Assembly (NCBI GenBank): GCA_021617435.1
Contig: JAJWCP010000001.1
Coordinates: 1,388 to 33,633, forward strand
DNA: 32,246 nucleotides
Reading direction: 5' to 3'
Source of the DNA: Pseudomonadota bacterium
Lineage (GTDB): Bacteria; Pseudomonadota; Alphaproteobacteria; RF32; CAG-239
A model generated the notes under the pieces. That model was not told where the DNA came from. It did no database searches and worked only from the letters and a program-made list of their open reading frames with translations. Both the position numbers and the translations under genes were made by a program. Below, piece after piece: positions 8,914 through 20,008 of this stretch (positions are counted from its first letter, which is position 1; each line of letters begins with the position of its first letter).

Positions 8914-8945
8914 ATTTACGAGTCCGTGCTGTGCATAAGTTGTAT
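8914..8945. repeat. Right copy of the 32-bp direct repeat flanking the low-GC cassette
   Basis: The sequence atttacgagtccgtgctgtgcataagttgtat matches 6646-6677 at 29 of 32 positions. It lies 2,268 bp downstream of that copy on the same strand. Confidence 0.85.
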
Positions 8946-8955
8946 GTGTATCATT

Positions 8956-8984
8956 AAAAAATCCGGCATTGTTGCCGGATTTTT
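8956..8984 (-). terminator. Rho-independent terminator of the atp operon (after atpC)
   Basis: The perfect hairpin atccggca / ttgt / tgccggat (8961-8980) is flanked by an A-run on the left and a T-run on the right. On the minus strand it reads as a hairpin followed by a T-tract, 7 nt after the atpC stop. Confidence 0.8.
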
Positions 8985-8990
8985 AACTAT

Positions 8991-9337
8991 TTAGCCGAAT
9001 ATTTTTAAGTATTCGTATATTTTTTGGTAAAAAGCGGAGCTTGCCGCCAAAGTTTCGGCTTCCGCCAAGCTGATTTTTTGTAAGTCAACCGCGCGTTCCG
9101 CCGCAACTTTGCATTTGTTTTCGGCAATATCGGCAAATCCGCCGCTGATAAACCAACGTTTCAGCATTTTGTTTTCAGCGTTTAAGGTTGCAATAACTCC
9201 GCCTGAGAGCATCAAAGAACTTGGCGCTCTGCCGTCAATAACGGTCAAGTTGCCGACATCAATCGGCAAAATCACTTTATCTGATTTTTCTTCCGCAATC
9301 AGTTGTTCCGGAGTGCAAATTGCTAAACTTATTGCCA

Positions 9338-9338
<1 letters not shown>
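8991..9338 (-). CDS. atpC: F1 ATP synthase subunit epsilon
   Basis: This 115-aa ORF lies immediately after atpD, with stop and start overlapping at 9338. The position and size fit the short epsilon subunits seen in reduced alphaproteobacterial genomes. Confidence 0.85.
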
Positions 9339-10813
<1,475 letters not shown>

Positions 10814-10820
10814 TTATTGC

Positions 10821-11741
10821 TCAGAGCGCCTCAGCGCCGGAGATAATTTCGGTCAATTCAGTGGTAATGGCAGATTGCCGTATACCGTTGTATTTTAATG
10901 TTAATTCGCCAATCATGTCTTTAGCGTTGCGGGTTGCGTTATCCATTGCCGCCATACGCGCGCCTTGTTCGGAAGCTTGCGAATTTGCCATTGCGTTAAA
11001 AATCAAATTAACAATCAGTTTAGGAAGCAGTGCGTCAAGCATTGCAAAACGATTGGGGTAATAGTCATAATAAGCATCGCCCACGCGCACCAAATTTTTA
11101 TCTTCATCGCTTGCTTCTAAAGAATTTTTTTGCAATGGATAAATTTGCATGGCTGAAATTTCGCGGCTGATAGCTGAATGGTATTTACTGAATACAATTT
11201 CGCATACGTCACAAGTGCCGTTATTGCAAGCCTCGCCGATTTTTTTGCCGAGCTCGGCAGCTTCGTCAAACGACAGCCCTTTAGCGGCAATTGCCTCGTT
11301 TATTTCCAAAATTTTATCGTTGTATTGCTTTTTCAAAATTGCGTACGCTTTTTTGCCGTAACAAATAATTTTTACGGATTTTCCGGCGTTTTCCAACTCT
11401 TTAATGCGGGCGCTTGCGGCTTTGCCGACGTTTTGATTATAACTTCCGCATAACCCGCGGTCAGATGAAAAAACAAACAGCAGATAGTTTTGAGCTTGCG
11501 GGCGCGGACGCAACAACTCCGGAAGCAGAAACTTAACTTTTTTCTCTTTTTCTTCCAAAGCAATATCCGCCATAATTCTTCTGATGGTTGTTTTAATCAT
11601 CTGTGAATAATAAGCGCTGCGGTTGAGCGCAAGGTCGGCTTTACGCAGCCGCGAGGCAGCCACAAGCTTCATCGCCGAGGTTATTTTCTCGGTAGATTTA
11701 ACACTTTCCAAACGGTTGCGTAATTCCTTTAATCCTGCCAT
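10821..11741 (-). CDS. atpG: F1 ATP synthase subunit gamma
   Basis: It has the canonical N-terminus ([35 protein letters not shown]) and C-terminus (RQSAITTELTEIISGAEAL). Confidence 0.96.
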   Translation of the reverse strand: MAGLKELRNRLESVKSTEKITSAMKLVAASRLRKADLALNRSAYYSQMIKTTIRRIMADIALEEKEKKVKFLLPELLRPRPQAQNYLLFVFSSDRGLCGSYNQNVGKAASARIKELENAGKSVKIICYGKKAYAILKKQYNDKILEINEAIAAKGLSFDEAAELGKKIGEACNNGTCDVCEIVFSKYHSAISREISAMQIYPLQKNSLEASDEDKNLVRVGDAYYDYYPNRFAMLDALLPKLIVNLIFNAMANSQASEQGARMAAMDNATRNAKDMIGELTLKYNGIRQSAITTELTEIISGAEAL

Positions 11742-13291
11742 TATGCCGCCTTTTCAGTTTGCTTAAAGTTATTAAGTTGTTCGGCGTAAAAATCTTTAAG
11801 TTTTGCTTCCAGTTCCGGCGATATGATTTTGTTTTTAACAATTTCAGCCAGATATTCGGGATGATGCGCTTTAAGAGCGCTTAAAGATTCTTGCTCAAAC
11901 TTTTTAATTTCGGCAAGCGGTAAGTTATCCAAATAACCCTTTACACCGGCAAAGACGGATACAATCTCGTCTTCAACCGCCATCGGATGATAAACCGGCT
12001 GTTTTAACAGTTCGGTCAAGCGGGAGCCGCGGTCCAAGAGCTTTTTGGTAGATGAGTCTAAATCGGAGGCAAACTGCGCAAATGATGCCATCTCGCGGTA
12101 TTGCGCCAAATCAAGCTTCATGCTGCCTGCCACTTGTTTCATGGCTTTAATTTGCGCTGCCGAACCAACGCGGCTTACTGAAATACCAACGTTTACCGCC
12201 GGTCTAATACCTTGATAGAACAATCCGGTTTCCAAAAAGATTTGTCCGTCGGTAATTGAAATTACGTTAGTCGGAATATACGCCGAAACGTCGCCGGCCT
12301 GCGTTTCAATAACCGGCAGCGCGGTTAAGGAACCGGCGCCTTCTTCATCATTCATTTTGGCGGCGCGCTCAAGCAAACGTGAGTGCAAGTAAAACACATC
12401 GCCCGGATAAGCCTCACGCCCTGGCGGACGACGGAGCAATAATGACATTTGGCGATATGCTGTTGCCTGCTTGGATAAGTCATCATAAAAGATAACCGCG
12501 TGCATGCCGTTATCGCGGAAATATTCGCCCATGGCGCAGCCTGAATACGGAGCAATAAACTGCAATGGCGCCGCCTCTGACGCGGTGGCGGCAACCACAA
12601 TGGTGTAATCCATAGCGCCGTGGTCTTTTAAGGTTTTTACCACCTGAGCCACTGATGAGCGCTTTTGTCCGACGGCGACATAAATGCAAAACAACTTGTC
12701 TTTATCTGATTTTGCCGCGTCGTTAATACGTTTTTGATTAATGATGGTATCTAATATAATAGAGGTTTTGCCGGTTTGACGGTCGCCGATGATAAGCTCG
12801 CGCTGTCCGCGGCCGATAGGAATTAAGGCGTCAATAATTTTAAGACCTGTTTGTACCGGTTCATGCACGCTTTTACGAGCAATAATCCCCGGAGCTTTAA
12901 CTTCCGAGTTGCTGAATTGTTTAGCCTTAATGGCGCCCAAGCCGTCAATCGGTTCGCCCAAAGCATTTACGACGCGTCCCAAAAGTTCTTTTCCGACCGG
13001 AACACTCACAATTTTATCGGTGCGCTTTACGGTGTCGCCTTCTTTAATACTTTCATCAGAGCCGAAAATAACCACGCCGACACTGTTTTCTTCCAAGTTA
13101 AGAGCCATGCCCTTAACGCCGGAGGCAAATTCCACCATTTCATTTGATTGCACTTTGTTTAAGCCGTAAACTTGCGCAATACCGTCGCCGACCGAAAGCA
13201 CGCGGCCAACCTCGCTCATGTCGGCTTCCAGTCCGTATTGCTCAATTTTTTCTTTTAAGATTGATGAAATTTCATCAGCTTGTATAGACAT
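11741..13291 (-). CDS. atpA: F1 ATP synthase subunit alpha
   Basis: It has Walker A (GDRQTGKT) and conserved alpha blocks ([40 protein letters not shown]). The stop overlaps the atpG start. Confidence 0.98.
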   Translation of the reverse strand: MSIQADEISSILKEKIEQYGLEADMSEVGRVLSVGDGIAQVYGLNKVQSNEMVEFASGVKGMALNLEENSVGVVIFGSDESIKEGDTVKRTDKIVSVPVGKELLGRVVNALGEPIDGLGAIKAKQFSNSEVKAPGIIARKSVHEPVQTGLKIIDALIPIGRGQRELIIGDRQTGKTSIILDTIINQKRINDAAKSDKDKLFCIYVAVGQKRSSVAQVVKTLKDHGAMDYTIVVAATASEAAPLQFIAPYSGCAMGEYFRDNGMHAVIFYDDLSKQATAYRQMSLLLRRPPGREAYPGDVFYLHSRLLERAAKMNDEEGAGSLTALPVIETQAGDVSAYIPTNVISITDGQIFLETGLFYQGIRPAVNVGISVSRVGSAAQIKAMKQVAGSMKLDLAQYREMASFAQFASDLDSSTKKLLDRGSRLTELLKQPVYHPMAVEDEIVSVFAGVKGYLDNLPLAEIKKFEQESLSALKAHHPEYLAEIVKNKIISPELEAKLKDFYAEQLNNFKQTEKAA

Positions 13292-13842
13292 TAGGCATTA
13301 CCTTTCATAATTTGTTCAAGGCGTTGTAATTTTCCGGCAACGGAGTCGTCAACTTTAACAGAGTTGTATTCTATGCTGAGTCCGCCCAAAATTGCCGGAT
13401 TAATTTTATAATTTACGATAATAGGAGTATTTAAAGCTTTTTCCAAGCCTTTTTCAAGTTTTTGTTTTTGTTTATCGGAAAGTTCCTGCACGCTTTCGGC
13501 GTTTATTTCCAAAATTCCCTGCTTTTTCAAATCAAGATGCCGAACATATTGCAAAATATCGCTTAATAAGTTAAAGCGGCGCTTTTCCGCCAATAATTCC
13601 AAAAAATTAACGGTCGGTTGCGAAAGTTTGAAAACCTTGGCAATTTCCGCTATCAGATTCTTTTTTTCGGAAAGCTTAAATTCAGGACTGTTTAAAATAT
13701 TTAATTGCGGAGTTTGCGTTATAAGCTCAGCCAAGTTTCGGCAGTCAGAGCGCACCGCGTCAAGCAAATTTTCAGCTTCTGCCGCTTTAAACAAAGCGTT
13801 TGCGTAATTTTCCGTAATTTGTAGTTTTGAAACTTTTGCCAT
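13291..13842 (-). CDS. atpH: F1 ATP synthase subunit delta (OSCP)
   Basis: The protein is 183 aa and is the first gene of the atpHAGDC block. It has an OSCP-like C-terminus ([25 protein letters not shown]). Confidence 0.9.
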   Translation of the reverse strand: MAKVSKLQITENYANALFKAAEAENLLDAVRSDCRNLAELITQTPQLNILNSPEFKLSEKKNLIAEIAKVFKLSQPTVNFLELLAEKRRFNLLSDILQYVRHLDLKKQGILEINAESVQELSDKQKQKLEKGLEKALNTPIIVNYKINPAILGGLSIEYNSVKVDDSVAGKLQRLEQIMKGNA

Positions 13843-13854
13843 TTGCTTTATCCG

Positions 13855-16065
13855 TCACATAAACGAGTAGGGGTCAACATCAACCTCAACTCTTACACTA
13901 GCAGGAATATTTAACATTCCAAGCCATTTTTTTAATATCAACTGAATATTTATATTTCGTAAAGTTTTTAAAAGCAAGCGATAACGAAATTTTCCCCTCA
14001 ACATATATATCGGCGCCGGCGCCGGACCCAAAACCGAAACGCCTTCGCCGTTCGGCGCGTATTTTTTTAACTCGTAAGCAATTTTTTCGGTCGCTTTTTC
14101 ATTGGCGCCTGAAACAATTAAGGCCGCCAATTTGCCGTATGGCGGCAGATTAAGTATTTGCCGGCTTTGTTTTTCAAGCTCTAAAAACCGCGTGCGGTCG
14201 TTGTCAACCAAAGCTTTCAGTACCGCGTTTTCGGGGTATAAAGTCTGTAAATAAACCGTGCCTTTTTTGGCGCCGCGTCCGGCGCGTCCCGCCACTTGCG
14301 ATAAAAGCTGAAAAGTTTGTTCCGAGGCGCGCAAATCGCTGCCTGCCAAACCTAAATCGGCATCAACGATTCCCACTAATGTTAAAGCCGGAAAGTGGTG
14401 ACCTTTGGCCAAAATCTGCGTACCGATTAAAATATCAATCTCTTGTTTTTCCATGCGGCTGATAACTTCCGAAACCTCTAAAAATGACGAGGTCGTGTCG
14501 CTGGATAAAATTTCAATCCGAGCATTCGGAAAGCGCCCCTTAACTTCTTCGGCGATTCGCTCCACTCCCGGACCGCATGCGGTTAATCCGTCTTCAGAAC
14601 CGCATTCGGGGCAAGTTTTCATAATTGCGGTGGTGTAGCCGCAATGGTGGCAAATCAGTTTGCCGGTTGCGCGGTGTTCGGTAAGCCATGCCGTGCAGTT
14701 GGGGCACTGAATACGATGTCCGCAGTCGCGGCAGATTAAAAGCGGGGCATAGCCGCGGCGGTTTAAAAACAACACGGATTGCTCGTGTTTTTGCAGGTTT
14801 TCCTCAAGCGCGGCGCACAAAGTCGGCGCCAACCACGAAACTTTCGGCTTTTGCGGATTATTGCTGTCGGAGTTTGCCGGAAGCCATTTTACCGGCTTGT
14901 CCTTTTTCAAATCTATAATTTTTATTTCCGGCAACATGGCGGCGGCGTACCGGCTTTTCAGCTGAACAATTCCGTATTTGCCGCTTTCGACATTGACCAC
15001 CGTTTCCAAATCAGGCGTCGCGGTTGAAAGTATAATCGGAATATTTTCAAGCTTGGCGCGCAGCACCGCCATGTCGCGAGCCTGATAATTAACCATATCT
15101 TCTTGTTTAAATGAGTGGTCATGGCTTTCGTCAACAACAATCAGTCCTAACGACGCAAACGGTAAAAACAAGGCGCTGCGGGCGCCGACCAACACTTTTG
15201 CTCTGTTTTCAGCCACGGCTTTCCAAGTTTCAGTGCGCTCGCCGGCGCTTAATGCCGAGTGCCATTTGGCGGGTTTTACGCCGAAGCGCTTTTCAAAACG
15301 CCCGAGCCATTGTGTGGTGAGTGAAATTTCCGGCACTAAAATCAAAACTTGTTTGCCTTGCTCCAAAACTTTGGCGGCGGCCTCAAAATAAACTTCGGTT
15401 TTGCCGGAACCGGTAACGCCGTCAAGTAGCGTGGCAGAAAATCCGCACTCGCACTTTGCGCATAAATAATCGGCGGCGACTTGTTGTTCGCCGGTTAATT
15501 CCACTTTTTGATAATCGGCTTGCGGGGCGGCAAATTCTTTTTGTTTTGCTACCGGCATTGCCTCTAACAATCCGGCGTCAATTAAGGTTTTTATCACGCT
15601 TTGCGAAACTCCGGCGCCTTTGGCGATTTCGGCTCGCGAGTATGGCGCGTGCTTTAACAAATCAATCACCCGCCAACGGGCATCGGAGTTTTTAAGCTTT
15701 GCTTCCGCTAAGGTTTTGCCGGTAAGTTTGTATAAAAAATTAAGTTTAGGGTCGTCAAAAACGCCTTTGGCGCACAGCACCATTTTAAGCACTAAACCGA
15801 TATATGCCAGATTATATTTAGCCACCCATTCCACAAAAGTAATTATTTCGGGTTTGAGGGGCGGAAGGCGCAGCGGCTCAATAATGCTTTTGATTTTTTT
15901 ATCATCAAGCGACGACGATTTTCCGTTTTTCCAAACCACGCCGACCACTTCATCGCGCCCGAACGGCACACGAACAATTTGCCCGATGGTAATATCGCCA
16001 TCGGCACGGTAATCAAAAACATCATTAAACGGCAGGGGCAGCATTACCCCGACAATTTTATCCAT
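13855..16065 (-). CDS. priA: Primosomal replication restart helicase PriA
   Basis: It has Walker A (GVTGSGKTEVY) and a DExH box (VVDESHD). The Cys-rich zinc-binding insert reads CRDCGHRIQCPNC...CHHCGY...CPECGS. Length is 736 aa. Confidence 0.95.
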   Translation of the reverse strand: MDKIVGVMLPLPFNDVFDYRADGDITIGQIVRVPFGRDEVVGVVWKNGKSSSLDDKKIKSIIEPLRLPPLKPEIITFVEWVAKYNLAYIGLVLKMVLCAKGVFDDPKLNFLYKLTGKTLAEAKLKNSDARWRVIDLLKHAPYSRAEIAKGAGVSQSVIKTLIDAGLLEAMPVAKQKEFAAPQADYQKVELTGEQQVAADYLCAKCECGFSATLLDGVTGSGKTEVYFEAAAKVLEQGKQVLILVPEISLTTQWLGRFEKRFGVKPAKWHSALSAGERTETWKAVAENRAKVLVGARSALFLPFASLGLIVVDESHDHSFKQEDMVNYQARDMAVLRAKLENIPIILSTATPDLETVVNVESGKYGIVQLKSRYAAAMLPEIKIIDLKKDKPVKWLPANSDSNNPQKPKVSWLAPTLCAALEENLQKHEQSVLFLNRRGYAPLLICRDCGHRIQCPNCTAWLTEHRATGKLICHHCGYTTAIMKTCPECGSEDGLTACGPGVERIAEEVKGRFPNARIEILSSDTTSSFLEVSEVISRMEKQEIDILIGTQILAKGHHFPALTLVGIVDADLGLAGSDLRASEQTFQLLSQVAGRAGRGAKKGTVYLQTLYPENAVLKALVDNDRTRFLELEKQSRQILNLPPYGKLAALIVSGANEKATEKIAYELKKYAPNGEGVSVLGPAPAPIYMLRGKFRYRLLLKTLRNINIQLILKKWLGMLNIPASVRVEVDVDPYSFM

Positions 16066-16217
16066 TGCGGCTCCTTAAACTTTCCTGATACTAACCGCTT
16101 TGTTCGCAAATATCTATAATTAAGCGCACTTTCCCCACAATAATTTACAACTGGACAAAATTGTGGTTGACAAAATTAGTATCAAGATGTAACATAACAG
16201 CAGTTAAAATACTTATT

Positions 16218-16706
16218 ATGGGAAAATTTTTAAAAGATTGGTCGTTCAGCGCTTTTGTCGGCGTGTTTTTCGGCCTGCTGTTATTTATTCTTTGGCTCTT
16301 TTTAGCAAGAGTTGCACCTTCAGTACTAGTAGTATTTTTCGGAGTGCTGGAGCTATTGGCGCTTGCCGCTATGGTAGTCTATTCAGTTAACCATGTTGAC
16401 GGAGGTATGTGTTTTATGCATGCAGTGTTGATTGCTGCCGTGTTTTACATCTCCGGCGCTGCGTTTAAGCTTGATTGGCTTACCCTTGTCGGCTTGCCGG
16501 CAGGTCTTGAAAGCATCAACAACGTATGGGTGTTACATATGTTTTTCGGTGCATTGTATTGGATAGTCATATCAATGGGAATTATAATCCTCATGATATG
16601 GGTTGATTCCAAACAGCATTTTAAAACGTTGCTGTATGTCTTAACCGCTGGCGCAGCTACTTTTTGTATTTTATATGCAGGCAATATGGTATTTTCAATT
16701 GTCTGA
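16218..16706 (+). CDS. Hypothetical small integral membrane protein (about 5 TM helices)
   Basis: The translation is strongly hydrophobic. I prefer the ATG at 16218 (MGKFLKDW...) over the TTG at 16161 in the ORF track. The gene is followed at once by a terminator hairpin. I recognise no family. Confidence 0.6.
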   Translation: MGKFLKDWSFSAFVGVFFGLLLFILWLFLARVAPSVLVVFFGVLELLALAAMVVYSVNHVDGGMCFMHAVLIAAVFYISGAAFKLDWLTLVGLPAGLESINNVWVLHMFFGALYWIVISMGIIILMIWVDSKQHFKTLLYVLTAGAATFCILYAGNMVFSIV

Positions 16707-16713
16707 TGTTATG

Positions 16714-16740
16714 GCACCGTGTTTTTACGGTGCTTTTTTT
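16714..16740 (+). terminator. Rho-independent terminator after the small membrane protein gene
   Basis: The hairpin gcaccgt (16714-16720) / gttttt / acggtgc (16727-16733) is followed by seven T (16734-16740). Confidence 0.75.
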
Positions 16741-18729
16741 ATGCCTGATTATAAAAAAATTAATATTTCGCGCTTATCTTATTATGAGGTATTAATTTTT
16801 TTTATGGTGATAACAATGCACGGGCTTCATCCTCTGATTGCTGATTTAACCTTAATTACGGTTTATGCCGCTGTTACCACGCTGATTTTTAAAAAATTAA
16901 AACAGCCGATGGTGTTGGGCTATTTGTTGGCCGGTATTTTTGCCGGACCGTATTTAAACGTTCTGCCGACGGTTACCGAAAGCGAAAACTTAACCTTGTG
17001 GGCGGATATCGGAGTTATCTTTTTGCTGTTCAGCTTGGGGTTGGAGTTTAGCTTTAAAAAAATGGTTAGCGTTGGCAAATCTGCCATGATTACCGCCACC
17101 TTAAACATCTTTTTAATGCTGTTTGTCGGGCATTATGTCGGCTTGTTTTTAGGCTGGAGCACCATAGACAGCTTTTTCTTGGGTTCTATGATTTCAATGT
17201 CGTCAACCACCATTATTATTAAAGCCTTTGACGATTTAAGCATTAAAAAACAAAAATTTACTGACTTAGTATTCGGTGTTTTGGTAATTGAAGATATTAT
17301 GGGCATTTTGCTCTTGGTATTGCTCCCGACGGTGGCTATCGGCAGCGGCATTAACGGCGGCGAATTAGGGCTCGGCACTTTAAAACTTATTCTGTTTTTG
17401 GTGTTGTGCTTTGTGGTCGGAATTTATTTTGTGCCGACAGTGTTAAAAAAAATAAGCAACTTTTTAAATGATGAAATGCTGTTACTGGTCTCAGTTGCTT
17501 TAAGTTTGGCAATGGTTTGTTTGGCTGTTTATTCCGGATTTTCATCAGCGTTGGGCGCGTTTATTATGGGCTCAATTTTATCTGAAACAGCGGTTATCAG
17601 CCGTATTGAAAATGTTATTAAGCCGCTTAAAGACTTTTTCGGCGCGGTATTTTTCGTAACTGTTGGCATGATGGTAAACCCTGAGATGTTCATTACTTAC
17701 GCGTACCCGATTTTTATTATCACTTTGGTGGTTTTGTTCGGAAAAGTTATTTTTTCGGTGTTCGGTTTTGTAATTTCTGGTCAGCCGCTTAAAACCGCGG
17801 TATACAGCGGGTTTTCACTGGCGCAGGTCGGCGAGTTTGCGTTTATTATTGCTTCGCTCGGTATGAGTCTTGGTGTTTTGGATAAGTTTGTGTATCCGAT
17901 TATCGTTGCTGTTTCGGTTATTACCACCTTTTTAACCCCGATTATGATAAATTCATCAGGTAAAGCCTATAAGGTAATTGATAAAATCATGCCGCAAAAA
18001 TGGCATGCGTATATTGACCAAAGTTCGCAATCAAGCGTAACCGCCATAACGGAAGAAAAATTGTGGAAGTCTTTGTTTAAAAGCTATTTTATCCGCATGT
18101 TTTTGTTCTCAATTATTTTATACGCAATTATCGCCTTTGTAAGCCAAGGGGTACGCCCTTATATGGCAAAATGGCTGCCGAATGTGCCTATGCGTATATG
18201 CGTAACCGCGCTTGCGCTGTTGTTGATGTCGCCGTTTTTGCGGGCATTAACCGGTTGGAATGTGGTGGTGCCGGATATTTTCAACAAAGTTTTAATTAAG
18301 CTGCGCTTGCGTAAAGCTAAAGCGCCAGAAGAGCCGTGCGAAGGAGAAATGCCGATTAATGAAACTTGCGTTCCGTCCGGTCAGGCGCTGAAAGAGGTTC
18401 TGAATAATAAAGACACGGTTAAAAATTTGTTGGTATCAAATCATCGTATTGCTCGTATTTATGCGGTTTTGTGGTACGGAAGACCTGCCAACCGCCTGCC
18501 GCTGCTGATTTTAACCAGTTTCAGGCTCTTTTTGGTGGCGTTCTTTATTGTTACCGCCGTGCATCAGTTTTTAACCGAAAATCCCAAATTTATTTTGGTG
18601 CTTTTAATTGGTTCCGTATTCTTGATTATGCAGTCTAAATGGTTGTTAAACCAGTATCTTAAAATAGAAACGCAATTCCTGAACAATTTACAGGGCGAAC
18701 CGTCGGGAGATTCGGAAAATAAAGAATAA
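16741..18729 (+). CDS. Cation:proton antiporter, CPA2/Kef-like (Na_H_exchanger family) with an atypical membrane-embedded C-terminal extension
   Basis: The N-terminus is typical of CPA2 (LIADLTLITVYAAVTTLIFKKLKQPMVLGYLLAGIFAGP), followed by more than 12 hydrophobic segments. The ORF-track start at 16675 lies upstream of the 16714-16740 terminator, so I moved the start to the ATG at 16741. The ATGs at 16804 and 16816 are also possible. Confidence 0.85.
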   Translation: MPDYKKINISRLSYYEVLIFFMVITMHGLHPLIADLTLITVYAAVTTLIFKKLKQPMVLGYLLAGIFAGPYLNVLPTVTESENLTLWADIGVIFLLFSLGLEFSFKKMVSVGKSAMITATLNIFLMLFVGHYVGLFLGWSTIDSFFLGSMISMSSTTIIIKAFDDLSIKKQKFTDLVFGVLVIEDIMGILLLVLLPTVAIGSGINGGELGLGTLKLILFLVLCFVVGIYFVPTVLKKISNFLNDEMLLLVSVALSLAMVCLAVYSGFSSALGAFIMGSILSETAVISRIENVIKPLKDFFGAVFFVTVGMMVNPEMFITYAYPIFIITLVVLFGKVIFSVFGFVISGQPLKTAVYSGFSLAQVGEFAFIIASLGMSLGVLDKFVYPIIVAVSVITTFLTPIMINSSGKAYKVIDKIMPQKWHAYIDQSSQSSVTAITEEKLWKSLFKSYFIRMFLFSIILYAIIAFVSQGVRPYMAKWLPNVPMRICVTALALLLMSPFLRALTGWNVVVPDIFNKVLIKLRLRKAKAPEEPCEGEMPINETCVPSGQALKEVLNNKDTVKNLLVSNHRIARIYAVLWYGRPANRLPLLILTSFRLFLVAFFIVTAVHQFLTENPKFILVLLIGSVFLIMQSKWLLNQYLKIETQFLNNLQGEPSGDSENKE

Positions 18730-18741
18730 AAGCGGTTAAAT

Positions 18742-19218
18742 TTAATTTTCGCCTTGCTTTTTATTACTGCGCTTGGCGGCAAAAAAGGCTTTAAGCATTA
18801 AAGACGATTCTGCGGCCGCAACTCCGGCAGTAATTTTCGGCTTGTGGTGGCAAGTGCTTTGTTCAAAAAATTTAACGCCGTTTATAACCGCTCCGCCTTT
18901 GGCATCGTTGGCGCCGAATATCAGGCGGCGGATTCGGGCAAAAGATATGGCGGCGGCGCACATGGTGCACGGTTCAAGCGTAACATACATATCGCAATTC
19001 CACAGGCGTTTGCTTTTTAAGTTTTTGCATGCTTTTCTGATGGCGACAATTTCGGCGTGGGCAGTGGGGTCGTTACCGTGTTCGCTTTGGTTACGGGCTT
19101 TGGCAACTATTTTACCGGTGGCGGAATCTACAATAACCGCGCCGACCGGAACTTCATCGCGGGCAGAGGCTTTGGCGGCTTCTTTTAAGGCGGCAAGCAT
19201 AAATTTTTCGTCAGACAT
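18742..19218 (-). CDS. tadA: tRNA-specific adenosine deaminase
   Basis: It has the cytidine/deoxycytidylate deaminase zinc motifs HAEIVAIRKA and LEPCTMCAAAI. Its 158-aa length is typical of TadA. Confidence 0.92.
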   Translation of the reverse strand: MSDEKFMLAALKEAAKASARDEVPVGAVIVDSATGKIVAKARNQSEHGNDPTAHAEIVAIRKACKNLKSKRLWNCDMYVTLEPCTMCAAAISFARIRRLIFGANDAKGGAVINGVKFFEQSTCHHKPKITAGVAAAESSLMLKAFFAAKRSNKKQGEN

Positions 19219-19285
19219 AAATATCCTTTGTGTTTTGAAAATTTTAGGTTATATTACAGCAAATATTGCAAAAGGAAAGATAAAA

Positions 19286-20008
19286 ATGGCAGAAAGATTG
19301 GCAAAGTTTATGGCTCGTTCCGGCGTATGTTCGCGCCGGCAGGCTGAAGAGTATATAAAACAAGAGCGGGTAACGGTTGACGGTCATGTTATTTCGTCAC
19401 CGGCGTTTAATGTTGAGGGAACGGAAAAAATTTTGTTTGACGGAGAAAAACTCCCGACTCGCGAGGCAACCCGTTTGTGGCTTTATCATAAGCCGGCGGG
19501 GCTGGTTACCACCCATAAAGACGAGCGCGACCGTCCGACCGTGTTTGATAATTTGCCCGCCGGAATGCCGCGGGTAATCAGCGTAGGACGTCTTGACTTA
19601 AACTCCGAAGGGTTGCTCTTGCTCACTAATAACGGCGAACTTTCGCGCGAGTTGGAACTTCCTAAAAACGCATGGAGCCGCCGCTATCGCGTGCGGGTGC
19701 ACGGTAGAATTGATACCAAGCAACTTGCCGGTTTGCAAAACGGTGTTACGATAGAGGGTGCGGTGTATGGCAACGTCAGCGCGGTTGTTGACAGCCAAAA
19801 CGGCACCAACGCATGGCTTACCGTTACCTTAAATGAGGGTAAAAACCGCGAAATTCGCAAGCTTATGAAGTTTATCGGACTTGAGGTAACGCGTTTAATC
19901 AGAGTGTCGTACGGGCCGTTTCAGCTTGGCAACCTTGCCAAAGGCGAAGTACGTGAAGTTCCTCTTAAAGTGCTGAAAGAACAGCTCGGAAGTCGTATTG
20001 CGTTATGA
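19286..20008 (+). CDS. Pseudouridine synthase, RsuA/RluB/RluE/RluF family
   Basis: It has an S4 RNA-binding N-terminus (RLAKFMARSGVCSRRQAEEYIKQERVTVDG) and the catalytic Asp motif (GRLDLNSEGLLLLTNNG). The ATG at 19286 is preceded by AAAGGAAAG. The longer ORF-track version runs antisense through tadA and is rejected. Confidence 0.9.
   Translation: MAERLAKFMARSGVCSRRQAEEYIKQERVTVDGHVISSPAFNVEGTEKILFDGEKLPTREATRLWLYHKPAGLVTTHKDERDRPTVFDNLPAGMPRVISVGRLDLNSEGLLLLTNNGELSRELELPKNAWSRRYRVRVHGRIDTKQLAGLQNGVTIEGAVYGNVSAVVDSQNGTNAWLTVTLNEGKNREIRKLMKFIGLEVTRLIRVSYGPFQLGNLAKGEVREVPLKVLKEQLGSRIAL

Noticed and set aside
12789-13169. 126-aa and 98-aa plus-strand ORFs.
   Set aside because: They are antisense to atpA and have no independent support.
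15620-16012. A 130-aa plus-strand ORF. Several 60-82-aa ORFs between 14405 and 15695 belong to the same case.
   Set aside because: All are inside priA on the opposite strand, Arg-rich and low in complexity, with no start-site signals.
16161-16217. The TTG-initiated extension of the small membrane protein ORF.
   Set aside because: The extension (MWLTKLVSRCNITAVKILI) is not hydrophobic or signal-like. An in-frame ATG at 16218 starts the membrane protein cleanly. The TTG also overlaps a possible TTGACA -35 element at 16167-16172.
18773-19285. The 5' part of the 411-aa plus-strand ORF in the track (18773-20008).
   Set aside because: This part runs antisense through the whole of tadA, which has clear deaminase motifs. 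It has no recognisable sequence of its own. The pseudouridine synthase homology begins at the ATG at 19286, which has a Shine-Dalgarno.
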